Positions 1 through 11,492 of a DNA stretch of 64,000 bases are shown here, piece after piece. Made by a program: the position numbers and the translations under genes. This stretch comes from Corallochytrium limacisporum Hawaii (Eukaryota > Protista > Pluriformea): assembly GCA_002811645.1 (NCBI GenBank), contig PDIP01000008.1:175256-239255 (forward strand), read 5' to 3'. The notes beneath the pieces are model-generated. The model made no database searches. It was not told the origin of the DNA and saw nothing but the letters and a program-made list of their open reading frames with translations. Every line of letters starts with the position of its first letter. The first letter of the stretch is position 1.

Positions 1-245
1 AAAAAAATTTTTCGACGACTACGAGATCTTCGATGTCAAGTTAATGTGAAAAGGCTCAATTTTTTGAAGTACACTTAAGTGTTTATTCAATCCGTAAACG
101 AAATATTTGAAATTGATTTGGTGTATAATGATATTTAATAATAATGATAATAATCAAAATATATATTACTCAATCATGATTAAAAAGAGTGATCGGGGTT
201 CTCGTTTTCGTGCGATTTGTCTCATACTTAGGAGACAGAGGGTGG
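1..245. mobile_element. Right-hand end of a Tc1/mariner-type DNA transposon (copy 1, truncated by window start)
   Basis: 1-247 matches 39928-40174 throughout, then diverges immediately. Ends in TIR GAGACAGAGGGTGG (232-245) followed by TA (246-247). AT-rich relative to its surroundings. Confidence 0.8.
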
Positions 246-2310
246 TATTTAATAATGAGCAGATGTCCAGCAGCGCGCTGTGGATGTCTTAGTGGCAGTA
301 CAATGATACCTCACCACCTGTGCGATCGCTGACCTTGCTTGTTTGACAGGTTCGGGAATGTGCCACGATCACCTTTCACACACCGTGGCAAGAAAACGAA
401 TCCCCCCTTCAAATGAAATACATAATATATTGGACTACTCGATATGGCAGTCCCCCCCCCCCAGCGCAGAATATATATGATGTTGGAAAAAAACTTGTGG
501 AACACAGTGACTGGTACGTCTCGATTCGGCCACCGGGCACAGCCTGGACACATGTCTTTCGGCGGTCGCAATTACCAAAATATTCAATATACTTAATATG
601 AGTAAAGTTTTACGTCCAGGAATAGTGGCAGAAGGGCCATTGCCATCCTTCCGCACCAACAATGCGCACGCGCAGAATGCTATATACCGCATACCTAGGC
701 AACCGACGACTTTTATCGCAGTCCGTGGAACTGGCTCATAGAATAATATCTTGAACCAGCATACCAACTAGGAAGGTCTATTTCTGTATATACATAATGT
801 ACTTAAATTTAATAGTGGGGAGCGGTGGGGAGGGGGGTTGTTCGGCATCACCTGTCCTATGGTTTGCGGAGTGGGAAACCGACTGAGCACTGTCAACACC
901 GCTTTTCGCTGGGCAACGTTCCATGAAACAAATTTTCACGGACGGGAAAGGGGTTTTGCCTTGCAGTCTTTTGCAAGCCACATTAGGTATAGAGTACGAT
1001 TATGTTGATGAGGGAGAAGTGTGAGGATTAGGTGGCTGGCGGACAAATCGGGGAGCTGGACATGTGGGGCGATTTACATTTGTTGAGGTCAGCTGAAGGG
1101 GGGACTCCGGTTTGAGACGTGTCCAGGGCATAACTGGGGGTAAGGGTATAATTGATTGGGACACCACTCCCTTTAGATTGGCCTCATACATTAGGTACTA
1201 AAAATGGACGACCATAGCCACATCAATGCCAGGGCAAGATAGCGGTTGGCACGGAACACTAGCTCCGCCGAAGGCTATCGTCTGCTGCGCTGCGAGTATT
1301 GCTAGTTATCCACAGCTTCGAAAGATTAACAAGTAAGATCACAAATCACAGGCTTTGTGGGGCAGAGTGTTTGCATAAGTCCCAGACCCGTGGCCGCCAG
1401 TGGGAGCGCAACCATTTTAGACTTCATAAGCAGTGCTCGCATGCAACATGCGACAGCCATTTCATGCAGAGACGGCGGTGCTCCGTCCGTAACGATGGCA
1501 CGGGAAATGGCAATGCGATATTAATTCTTGCCGGTAGGGGAATCGGAATGGAGGGGACAAAAAAGAGGGGTGTAAACAGCGCGCCAGAGCACGCGGCTCG
1601 CGAGATCCAACTCATCCTCCTCGCACCATATTTACACAAAGCTACGCACGCCCAGAGAACACTTGGGAACGATATGAACGGAGGTTTCGGTGAAGTTTTC
1701 CAGAGTGATCTATCTGTTTGCAAGGCTGGAGCTTTATAATGCTTCGCAAAATACCGACGATGCGGATGTGGTAGAGTTCCGATAGGTTGGGGACCGCCAG
1801 TTCGCAAATTGTCTGGCCCCTCTTATCAGAGACGCTTCACCGGGTAGGAAATTGAACTTTTTGTTTCATTCCGGCACGAAACAATCTGAGTCTCTTGGTG
1901 AATAGATTTGCGCCGCACCTCAACGCAGGACGTTGGACGGACGAAGGAGACGGGAGAAGAGAAGGAGAAAAAAAAAGAGGGGGGGGGGGAAGGAGAGGGG
2001 GGAAGAGGGAGAGCGGGGAGTCCTTGTTTGAATCGCTGCGTTCCTCCGCCGGGTTTTCATTTGATTCGTTCTACCTCATTTTGCCACCAATTTAGTATCA
2101 AAATTGGTGGGCAAGTATGATTGATTAATTGGGCGACGAGGCATTGTCGACCTTTCTCACCATCTTTGCACGCTCATGCGAAAACCACAAAGCAAAGCTA
2201 CAACGGAGTAGGTACTTATGTTGCGATGTCAATAGAGCGGAGAGTGTTCATTACTTGAAGCTTTTGTTCCATGGATCTGCAATATATGGTAGCCTAACAC
2301 ATCGTTCAAA

Positions 2311-4506
2311 ATGAGGAACATTTTCTCCGTGTTCTGTATGATCTACGTCGCCTTGGCCTCCCTGGCCAGCGCGATAAAGGTTGACTACAGGTGTGCTGTC
2401 ATCAAGCCTTACTCTTGGGGGTACTATAAAGAACATTGGCGTTTCTTTCACCGCCCCGACAGTGAGATTCAGATTTGGAGCGCCAGTTTCGCAGGTGTTC
2501 CACACAGAGTCTACACCGACTTGTCTGTCCGCGACTGGGAAATAGCGAATGACCACGGAAGGTACAGCTGCATTCTCATGGAGACTACTGACCTTTCAGC
2601 CGGTGATGTGCAGTATATCTTGGATTACGCCAGGAAGTACGGTGCCCGGATTCTGTTAATTGGCGCTCAGGTCGGTAACGTTTTTGAAAACGGTGGTGTG
2701 CAGGGTACCAATTGTGAACTCGGTAGCACTGCTGTCCCCACGAGGGCAGGTCTGGATCTCAACGGCCATAACTTGATGGACCCAGATACCGAATTGTCCT
2801 TGCAAGGCTTCTGGAACTGTGGTGTCAGACTGACTATGGCCAAGAACATCCCTTACCTAGTTGACGCCGACGATCCCAGCTTGGTGTACGCTTACCATCA
2901 CGATTGGAATGGTGCCGAAATTCTGCTGTCCACCGTTCCCGCCCCCATCTGGTTGGACGATGCTAATGCCTACGCCACATATCTCATGGATTTCGTTTTT
3001 GACGGGTTCTATTATGGTGTTCGAGACTTTTCGCGGTACCTTGATACCATGAACGTAGAGAAACTTTGTCACGTTTGGCCTGAGCCCCTTGGCCTCTGGT
3101 ACGATAATGGAAAATACCAAGACCTGAAAGATTACTTGATTGCTGGGAAGCTGAAATTCCCCCCGTCACAGTGCGAAGACACTCTGGATGCGAGAGCTGA
3201 ACGCCGAATTTGGGAACGTGATGAGCTCCAAATGACTGCTGACCTGACTATGGACAAGCCTTGCCCTCGTTGTAGTCCCACATCATTGGAGCTGAACGCT
3301 GCTCGTGCTTCCGCCGAATTGAGCTACCCCATCACAGGTCTCCCTGACCTTGCCCGTTCCTTCCCAAACAGTCGCACTGGCAAATGTGGAACCACCTGGG
3401 TGAGAGTGGCTGCTGGTGCAACAGTGAAAACTGGTGACCCGGAAGACCCCACTGACCCAGAAGACCCCACAGACCCCGGACAGCCAGAACCACCATGCGA
3501 GTACAATCACTACACCCATTCGCACGAGGGCGGCGAATGCTACTGGGATAAAAGCAGGAGTGACTGTGCCCAGTGCAGGAATGGCGGTTGCGCATGTGGC
3601 GAACACAAGCGTGGCGTTTGCGTTCAATGTGGTACTAATCAGTGTGACGCTGTTGAAGAGTGCCGTCCCGGGGACGGTGGCTCCGATCCCACTACTCAAC
3701 CAGAGCCAACAACAACGGAGACAAGTGAACCGGAACCGGAACCCACCAACACCGAACAGCCAGAACCACCGTGCGAGTACAATCACTACACCCATTCGCA
3801 CGACGGTGGCGAATGCTACTGGGATAAAAGCAGGAGTGACTGTGCCCAGTGCAGGAATGGCGGGTGCGCATGTGGCGAACACAAGCGTGGCGTTTGCGTT
3901 CAATGTGGTACTAATCAGTGTGACGCTGTTGAAGAGTGCCGTCCCGGGGACGGTGGCTCCGATCCCACTACTCAACCAGAGCCAACAACAACGGAGACAA
4001 GTGAACCGGAACCGGAACCCACCAACACCGAACAGCCAGAACCACCGTGCGAGTACAATCACTACACCCATTCGCACGACGGTGGCGAATGCTACTGGGA
4101 TAAAAGCAGGAGTGACTGTGCCCAGTGCAGGAATGGCGGGTGCGCATGTGGCGAACACAAGCGTGGCGTTTGCGTTCAATGTGGTACTAATCAGTGTGAC
4201 GCTGTTGAAGAGTGCCGTCCCGGGGACGGTGGTGGCGCGGACAGTGGCTCCGAGACCACCAGTGAAGCCCCGGAGCCCACCAGTGAAGCCCCTGAGCCCA
4301 CCAGCGATACCGGTACCGATGAGTCGTGCTCGCTAAACCAGTACACGGCAGCGTCACATGGTGCTAGATGCTGGTTCGACCCTAGCAGAAGTGACTGTGC
4401 TAGGTGCCATAACGGTGGTTGCGGCTGTGGTCGGACTAATCCTCACGTTTGCGTCCTGTGCCATCATGGTCATCATTGTGACCACGAGATCGCCTGTGTT
4501 CAGTAG
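2311..4506 (+). CDS. Secreted protein, paralog A: conserved ~370-aa region (Agd3/CBM87-like by recalled motifs), acidic P/T/E linkers and four 10-Cys modules
   Basis: 731-aa ORF with an N-terminal signal peptide (MRNIFSVFCMIYVALASLASA). Shares motifs with 10167-11492 and 13476-14918: QIWxxSFA, HGxYSCIL, YAxKYGAR, GxRDxSRYxxTMNxE, VWPxPLGLWxxNGKY, KCG. Product is inferred. Confidence 0.9.
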   Translation: MRNIFSVFCMIYVALASLASAIKVDYRCAVIKPYSWGYYKEHWRFFHRPDSEIQIWSASFAGVPHRVYTDLSVRDWEIANDHGRYSCILMETTDLSAGDVQYILDYARKYGARILLIGAQVGNVFENGGVQGTNCELGSTAVPTRAGLDLNGHNLMDPDTELSLQGFWNCGVRLTMAKNIPYLVDADDPSLVYAYHHDWNGAEILLSTVPAPIWLDDANAYATYLMDFVFDGFYYGVRDFSRYLDTMNVEKLCHVWPEPLGLWYDNGKYQDLKDYLIAGKLKFPPSQCEDTLDARAERRIWERDELQMTADLTMDKPCPRCSPTSLELNAARASAELSYPITGLPDLARSFPNSRTGKCGTTWVRVAAGATVKTGDPEDPTDPEDPTDPGQPEPPCEYNHYTHSHEGGECYWDKSRSDCAQCRNGGCACGEHKRGVCVQCGTNQCDAVEECRPGDGGSDPTTQPEPTTTETSEPEPEPTNTEQPEPPCEYNHYTHSHDGGECYWDKSRSDCAQCRNGGCACGEHKRGVCVQCGTNQCDAVEECRPGDGGSDPTTQPEPTTTETSEPEPEPTNTEQPEPPCEYNHYTHSHDGGECYWDKSRSDCAQCRNGGCACGEHKRGVCVQCGTNQCDAVEECRPGDGGGADSGSETTSEAPEPTSEAPEPTSDTGTDESCSLNQYTAASHGARCWFDPSRSDCARCHNGGCGCGRTNPHVCVLCHHGHHCDHEIACVQ
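3481..4232 (+). repeat. Intragenic tandem repeat, 276-bp (92-aa) unit, ~2.7 copies
   Basis: Units start at 3481, 3757 and 4033 (cagccagaaccacc). Copy 1 differs from copy 2 at ~4 positions; copies 2 and 3 look identical. Unit = one Cys module plus a P/T/E linker. Confidence 0.95.
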
Positions 4507-5234
4507 GTTGCTCAAAGGCTAGGAAATATATCAAATAAAGGCGTTCTATCATATTCCATTGCTACAGGGCATGAAATTTTTGCAAATCAATACTCGCGCG
4601 CTCCACATCCGTTACCTTCGAGCAATGCACCAGGTCCCGATATTTTCTGCAGCGCTGGCTCTGGACTGTCTAAGGGAATGCCACAAGGTATGTGGAACTG
4701 ACTTGCCACCGTGCCCCTCCTCCGGATCTTGGCCCTGCTCACATATAACTTGCATGTACACGCACAAGTGCACTGGTAAAGCAGCGTACATGCTTGCGGA
4801 AAGTAAGCGACACTGCAGAAGGCAAAAGGTAAATAAGGGGAGCGCACAGAAGAATGAGGCGGTGGCAACGTGAGGCCGGTCGAATCCTTTCTAACCATTC
4901 CCTCATTGATTCGATGTTTGCGTCGATATCCTGAACACTCACCATGCTTTTTCTCTGATACTCTGCTCGGTAGGCAAGGGGAGGTGAGTTGGCAACTGCG
5001 GGTTTTATGCGCTACGTCTATTGCTACCAGCTGGGACGTTGTCCACTTTACCCACCGTCCTCATGCCTAAACGGACAGTGGCGGTCACTAACATCAAGAC
5101 CACCCCTATTTTGGGTATGGTTGATAAACGTCGTAGCGGGCGGACTTCACGGTTTCCAAACTACGGCAACGGTCTCGTGTGATAAAATAGGCCCCGAATA
5201 CATATCTGCCAATGACTCCTTTTTCATGATCTGG

Positions 5235-5394
5235 TCGCTCTCTGTGATTGTGCATCGCCCTCTGTCATTATACATCGCTCTCTGTCATTATACATCGCTC
5301 TCTGTCATTGTACATCGCTCTCTGTCATTATACATCGCTCTCTGTCATTATACGTCGCTCTCTCTGACTATACATCGCTGTCTGTGAATATACG
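5235..5394. repeat. Minisatellite, 20-bp unit TACATCGCTCTCTGTCATTA, ~8 copies with degenerate ends
   Basis: Directly visible period-20 array with no spacers, so not CRISPR. Confidence 0.95.
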
Positions 5395-8300
5395 ATTTAA
5401 GGGTGACGGAACGGAACGGACAGTCTTCGCGGTCAGGTTAGCTCCGTTCCACCCTTCGATAGAGAGGCTTTTCAGGTTCTATGGGCTCGAGTTCTTCCGC
5501 GGAATGCGGGTGGGGGGTGGGTGGGTGGGGAACCTACGTGAGCCTGCGGGGTATTAAATTCACCAGTCACAATTTCGCAGGGTACATTGAGTACCAAAGT
5601 GCAAGAACTGTTGAAGGAAAAGAATGCGGTGATGTAACAACTTTTTCTAACCCACATCTTTGATTGGTCCAGCGTGTTGAACGGTTTTGAGGTTTGGCAG
5701 ATAAGAGCCAGGACAACGTCGCACGTTAGGGATAGGCATACACGTTTGATATGATTCTTCGGGATGGCCATGGACCCAATGCAGCGACCTCCACCTGCAA
5801 CGAGAGCCACTCAAAATTCAGGCGACAGCGACGCATACATAATGTACCAAGTGGAGGGATCCTTCCAATATCACCTTTCGAAACTTGCCTTTCAACCCCC
5901 TATAAGTACTACTATTTCAAAGCACACAGTGACCGTTCAGCAGAGCACAAAAAACTCACTAAGAGGCGTCAGCATACGAAGCGGCTAGGTGAGGGTGTGT
6001 AGTGCTTGTTGCAATGACACATCGCTTTGTATTCTGGTCCCTTTTCCTAAACTGGAAATCTAGGGCTTCTGTTCCTCAATAAGGAAAATGTTTACCTCGC
6101 TTTGACGGCAGGTGGTGCCTAATTGTTAGCGCTTGCTAACGAACCCAGTGTACGGCTGGTGGTGGGCCCTACCCCACACTCCCGGATCAGTGAGTTCCCT
6201 ACCAATGGGGAGTCCCATAGTTGGGGCGAGATTCTGAAGAAACAGGTTCGACCAAGGGTCCACATTGACAGCATTCTGAGTCAATTTATGTGATTCTGTC
6301 TGTCGAGTACGTGAGTTTTCGTGCCCTGCAGTCCCAGAGTGTCATGTGAGCTCGTCATCTCCACACGGAAACAAATTGACACCTCGCAAACATATTGGCT
6401 CCGTGATGTCACATCGCACACATCGCGAAAAGAATAACTTCTATGACATCAAAAAGCTCGCGATACGGGTTCCTATCGGTTCCCGGAAGCCTGAGTTTCG
6501 GCACAGCGCACCCCCCGTTGTATTGCACCACAAATTCTGTAGATGCGCTACCACCGACTTGTTTCTACACAGAGATGTCTATGAAACGTAGAGCGAACGG
6601 GTTATAAGAGTTCTAGATGTCCGCGGACACACACAGCATACTCACTATTTGGAAGCAGGAAGCAGGAAGCAGATTGTGAAGCAGAGATGGATAAGACCCA
6701 GCAGGGTGTCAAAACATCTCAGACGCATTCGTTGCCGGGAGTACCTTTCTGGAGTGCAGACAAAAATAGTGCCGGGCCCCCAGTCCTCAGCAAGGGATAA
6801 AATTTCACCTCTTGGACCTTTGCAAAAACCTGCCAGCGCAAAAAAGGGGATGGCCACTACCTTTCGGGGCCAAAAATTTACTCAGAGTGGGCCTATTGAT
6901 ATTAACAGGAGATACGCTGAAGTTTTCGAAGCTGGACTGTCGAGAATTTCCTATCTGTCCGCCTGTCCGTGAAGTAAGTTCATAATGGATAGTTCATTAA
7001 CACTGGTGATGCTTTTCCACCGATTGGTCCCTCGCCCCCCGTCGGTAGTAAGTGAACCGTTGATACTCGTACATTTTTTTTCCGCTAATGAAAGCAGTCG
7101 ACTTAGTCTGCGTGCGGTAATTACTTTTAGCCGCGAAACAACCGCCCTCTTTGCGCTGCGATCGATTGGCGAGCGCCTACCTTCCCTCCCTCCCCCTTCC
7201 TTTCCTCTCCTCTCTCGACATCGAACACTTCCCTCCTCGCCCTGTATGGTACACCGTACAGCAGAAACTGGGCATCAGGATCGTGGAGTACGCACGGGTA
7301 TGGTATTCACTGGAGCCCAAAAAGGGACCGGATGTGCACGGAGAGGCGTACTCGGCAGACCCGAAGGGGGAACGAGAGAGTAGTACGTTGGGAAAAAAAA
7401 ACGTAAAGCAAAATGGCCTTATTCACTCGGTAACTCTACATAATTCGAATTTCGTACATTCAGAATGTTTCGACGGCGATTCTGGCATTCGTGGGCCGGT
7501 GATTAGAACCGGAGTGGGAATAATGCTAGTTGCCTTTTTTGAGACGGGTCGGCAATGTGCCCCCTTTCGGCCGGGCGGGGGAACACATGGTCGGAGAGTT
7601 GGCACAACCAAACTTACATTTCTCGCAGCGATAGACTGACAGAGAGGTTTCTGGTGTACTATAGCAAAGTGCTGGAGAGTTTATTAGGATGACGGGCACT
7701 GTTAATGTCTCTACTCCCTCCCTCTCTCCAGTGGGGACCAAAAAAAAGTCCTTTCGGTAGCCACGGTGGTCTCAGACAGGAGCTTTTTGGGTAAGGTCAC
7801 ACAGCACTGGGCCAGCATCCCCCCCGTGGCCTGTCTTAAGACTCTCCCACTGGGGACCAAGAATTGAGAGAATACTCGCAGTGTAATTACGGAACAACTC
7901 AGTGCCCAAGGATTTGTGCGGGATGGGATGCAAAATTACATCATCGACAGGGTCAGACCCTGCTCCCATTCTTGGGCCACATTGGACAGCTGGGGGACAT
8001 TACCGAAAAGCCGCTAAGACTTCCCTACACTCCCCTCCTTTCCCCGTGCCCCACGGTTTGGTCCTTTCCATATGTCCAGTGTGTTTGTAGTATTTAGTGG
8101 GCTGTCGAAAAGGACCGATACCGTCGCGCGCACCACAAAATTGACTGCTTCTACTATCTGCACAGTACAAAGGCAAAAGAGTGGAGGTATCGTCCCAAAC
8201 GGAAACGGAAAAGGGGGGGGCCGCGGTGAAGTGCTTGAAAATCGATATGAATCGAGTCAGACGTAATTCATTTTGTACCCAATTGGCAGGGATGGTGGGC

Positions 8301-10166
8301 GGCCCGGCCCACCCGGTGAATTGTCGTCTGCGACCATGACCTGTGGGCTGAAACGGGCACACATCACTAGCAAAAGAGGCATCCAAAGAGGGACGGGGTA
8401 GAGCAAGTGTCTGCAGTTGGTTCATGTGCAAATAATAAGGAGTAGACCATTTAAACACAACCGGGCTATCGCTTCGTCAGCCATCACTGAATGGGTGTGA
8501 GGTGTGTGTTCGTTGCGGAAAGGAGCATCGATTTGTTGGTAGTGGTGATGATGTATTTCCAGCGGACGATGGCCCGCCCCGGGGGNNNNNNNNNNNNNNN
8601 NNNNNNNNNNNNNNNNNNNNNNNNNNNNNNNGGGGGGGGGGGGAGGGAGGGAGTGGATCGAAGGATTGTTTTAATAACTGGTGCATCGGGCAGCCTCTTA
8701 TTATCTCTATAGTTGTTTCTACCGTCTTGATAATCGAGGTCTTGCAAGGCACCTGTCTCGCGTGCATTAAAGACAAATTTTTTTCTATTCACCCCCCTCC
8801 CCCCCACATGCACACTTACGCGAAGGAACTTTTTTGAAGAGGTTCTCAAGGGGGGCCCGCTCCAACGCGCCCACTCCTACTCCATCGGGAGATGGTTGTT
8901 ACCAGAAAAACTTGTCGAATGAAGCACAGACCGAAGGATTTGTTTGGCTTTGCCATCTCTTCGGGTCGGACAAAAAACGTGGTGGTGGCTGAAAGTCTTC
9001 TCTTCATCTCGCCCGTCGCGCCCCTTAGGCTTGAAACCAAGGTCACTATTCCCTTTGACGATCGGGAACGAAGTTAAAAAAAATACCTTGCCATTACCGA
9101 GAAACTGGCGATGAGAGAACAGTCAACTCCAAGCGCGAGTGGAGATCTTGTTTGTCCTCTCGCGGTACATTACTGCGTGCGATTTGGGCGACGAAAGCGG
9201 TTCGCTGACGCGCATGATTTCCATAATCTCGCAATACAAACTTTTGTCCATGATGAATTGGGCGCTCGCCAAATGATCCGCCGGTCTTATCAATTGGAAA
9301 AGCTTCATTGCTGAGCTGGCGTGGTGGTTGGACAGGGGTTCCCGGGGAGGAGGTACGACTTGAACATATGAAGTAGTGTCCAAACCTTGGTGGGCAAGCA
9401 ACTGGGTAGATGCGGGAGGTTTGGAGGGGTGCAATCCCATCCCTGAAGACGGATTTTTCTATTTTGTGTTTTGCTTCCGTCCTCCTTGACTTTGACAGCT
9501 TTTTAACGCGCCCTGGAGATTCGGATAGTTTGTATGTCATGAGGGAGGAAGAAAACGCAAGTGAGGTGCTGTTGTGCGAACGCATGGTCGAGTGGCTTTC
9601 ACAGAGACAAAAAATGTGACCCGGCGGAGAGAGGAGGGGTGGGGGGGGAAGAGGAGGGGGGAAAGGTGCTTCGGGCAAAAGATACCCCGGGAGAGAGGTG
9701 GAAGCCCAAAAGAGAGCCGTGGAGAAAAGTTTTCTTTTTTTTGTTCTTTTTTTACCCCTCAGGTGATAAACATGAGGCACTTTGGGTAAAGGGCTGAGCA
9801 CTTGGAAAAAAAAGAGAGGGGAGGAAACGAGGATGACCCCCGGAGTGGGGGGGAAGAGGCGGTTTACCTGCAAAGGCATCCGTGTTCTGTTGAAGTGCCG
9901 GAGGAGCTTTGAATAGGACGTGAAAGAGATGTGAGCATGATGCAGTAAGGATATTCAAATCCTTGGAGGCCTCCATTAAAAGCCGCTCACGTCCTGTAAA
10001 GACCCAATTCGGGTGAAGGACTGTGTAATATCTCCGGGTAAGCTTCGGAATCACCTCAGCTATTTGAATGGTAGTCGCCTGGACAATCAAGTCTTATCAG
10101 GAACTCATTCGACCATTATAGGGATCTGCTGTATCCGTGACCTCGAGAGAATCCAAATCTTCAATT

Positions 10167-11492
10167 ATGAAGACTTCGTTCCTTTCATTTCTTGTAAGCG
10201 GCCTGTTGGCCCTCGCTGTGGAGGTAAATGCGTTAAGGGTTTTCACAGACCAAAGGTGCCTTCACATTAAAGGCAAGACTTGGTTTTGGTACGACAACCG
10301 AGAGTGCCGCTATTCGCATGAGCCCAATAGTGAAATGCAAATCTGGCAAGCGTCTTTTGCAGGCATGCCCCTTGATATTCTTGCTATGGGCGATGACGGT
10401 AGTTGCATCAGCAACCCGGATTATCCTAAAAGTGACGTCCTGAGCATTCAAACTTTCTCTGATGCAGACTGGGTGGTGTTCGAGGACGAGCACTGGCGCC
10501 ATGGTAAGTACTCCTGCATTCTCATTGATGCAACTTGGACTCTTTCCGACGAAGAGTATAACTACACTCTGAAATACGCCCAAAGGTATGGTGCACCCGT
10601 TTTCGTCCTTGGCGCACAACGTGGTACAGACTCTGGTAACCAGTGGGAGAACGGCGGTGTTTCGAGGGGTGCGTCGTTCAGCAGCGGCGCCGCCTACAAT
10701 GGAGTACCCACTCAGGAAGGTATGGCTGAGTGTAAGAACACTATGCTGTCCGCTAACGCCCAAATTAATCTGGCCGGCGTGTATGGTGAGTACGTGCACG
10801 TGACGGGCGCAGGGAACACACCATTCTTCACTGACCGGGACGATCCCAGCAAGGTGTTCGCCTACTACCACAACAATGGTGGTGCTGACATCCTTATTTC
10901 CTATCTTTCTGCTCCCCTCTGGACGGAGGCAGGTAGTGCCTACGCCACCTACCTCATGGATTGGGTATTCCGAGGTAACTACTTCGGTCGCCGAGACTAC
11001 AGCCGCTACTTGGAGACAATGAACACGGAGGTCCTGGCCAACGTTTGGCCTCAGCCTCTCGGTCTGTGGTTCGGCAACGGCAAGTACGGTGGCCTGAGCG
11101 TGCCCAAAATTCTCGCCTGGTTCGATAACCCTCCTATGAACTGTGGCGACGATAGCTTGGCCAAACGTGCTGACCGTAGAAACATGCACACTGTTACAGT
11201 TCCACCACATCAGCAAGTGAACTACAATGACCAGGATGCACAACTGATCTTCCACATGCCGTGCCAGGGTTGCGAAGCAGACAACATGATCTTCTACTCA
11301 AGTCGGACTGACGAGTATCCCATCACTGCCAGCAAAGACATGATCGACCAGGTGGTGAAGCGTTTTCCGAACATCCAACGTATCACCAAGTGTGGCTCTG
11401 AGTGGACTGCATGGGTCACCGCCACTCATCTCGAGAAAGGGGAAACGTACAATAATCCCCCTAAAGAAGTGCCCGTCACCACTGTAGCATGA
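10167..11492 (+). CDS. Secreted protein, paralog B (same family, no Cys-rich module)
   Basis: The first ATG (10167) gives signal peptide MKTSFLSFLVSGLLALAVEVNA; the track start at 10137 is a GTG. Shares all family motifs and ends shortly after WVTATHLEKG. Confidence 0.9.
   Translation: MKTSFLSFLVSGLLALAVEVNALRVFTDQRCLHIKGKTWFWYDNRECRYSHEPNSEMQIWQASFAGMPLDILAMGDDGSCISNPDYPKSDVLSIQTFSDADWVVFEDEHWRHGKYSCILIDATWTLSDEEYNYTLKYAQRYGAPVFVLGAQRGTDSGNQWENGGVSRGASFSSGAAYNGVPTQEGMAECKNTMLSANAQINLAGVYGEYVHVTGAGNTPFFTDRDDPSKVFAYYHNNGGADILISYLSAPLWTEAGSAYATYLMDWVFRGNYFGRRDYSRYLETMNTEVLANVWPQPLGLWFGNGKYGGLSVPKILAWFDNPPMNCGDDSLAKRADRRNMHTVTVPPHQQVNYNDQDAQLIFHMPCQGCEADNMIFYSSRTDEYPITASKDMIDQVVKRFPNIQRITKCGSEWTAWVTATHLEKGETYNNPPKEVPVTTVA

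Noticed and set aside
107-292. Short ORF duplicated at 40034-40324
   Set aside because: TTG start and low complexity; it lies in the transposon terminus and runs into differing flanks.
5235-5394. CRISPR-like array (also 40183-40251)
   Set aside because: Contiguous tandem units with no unique spacers, no cas genes, and eukaryotic context.
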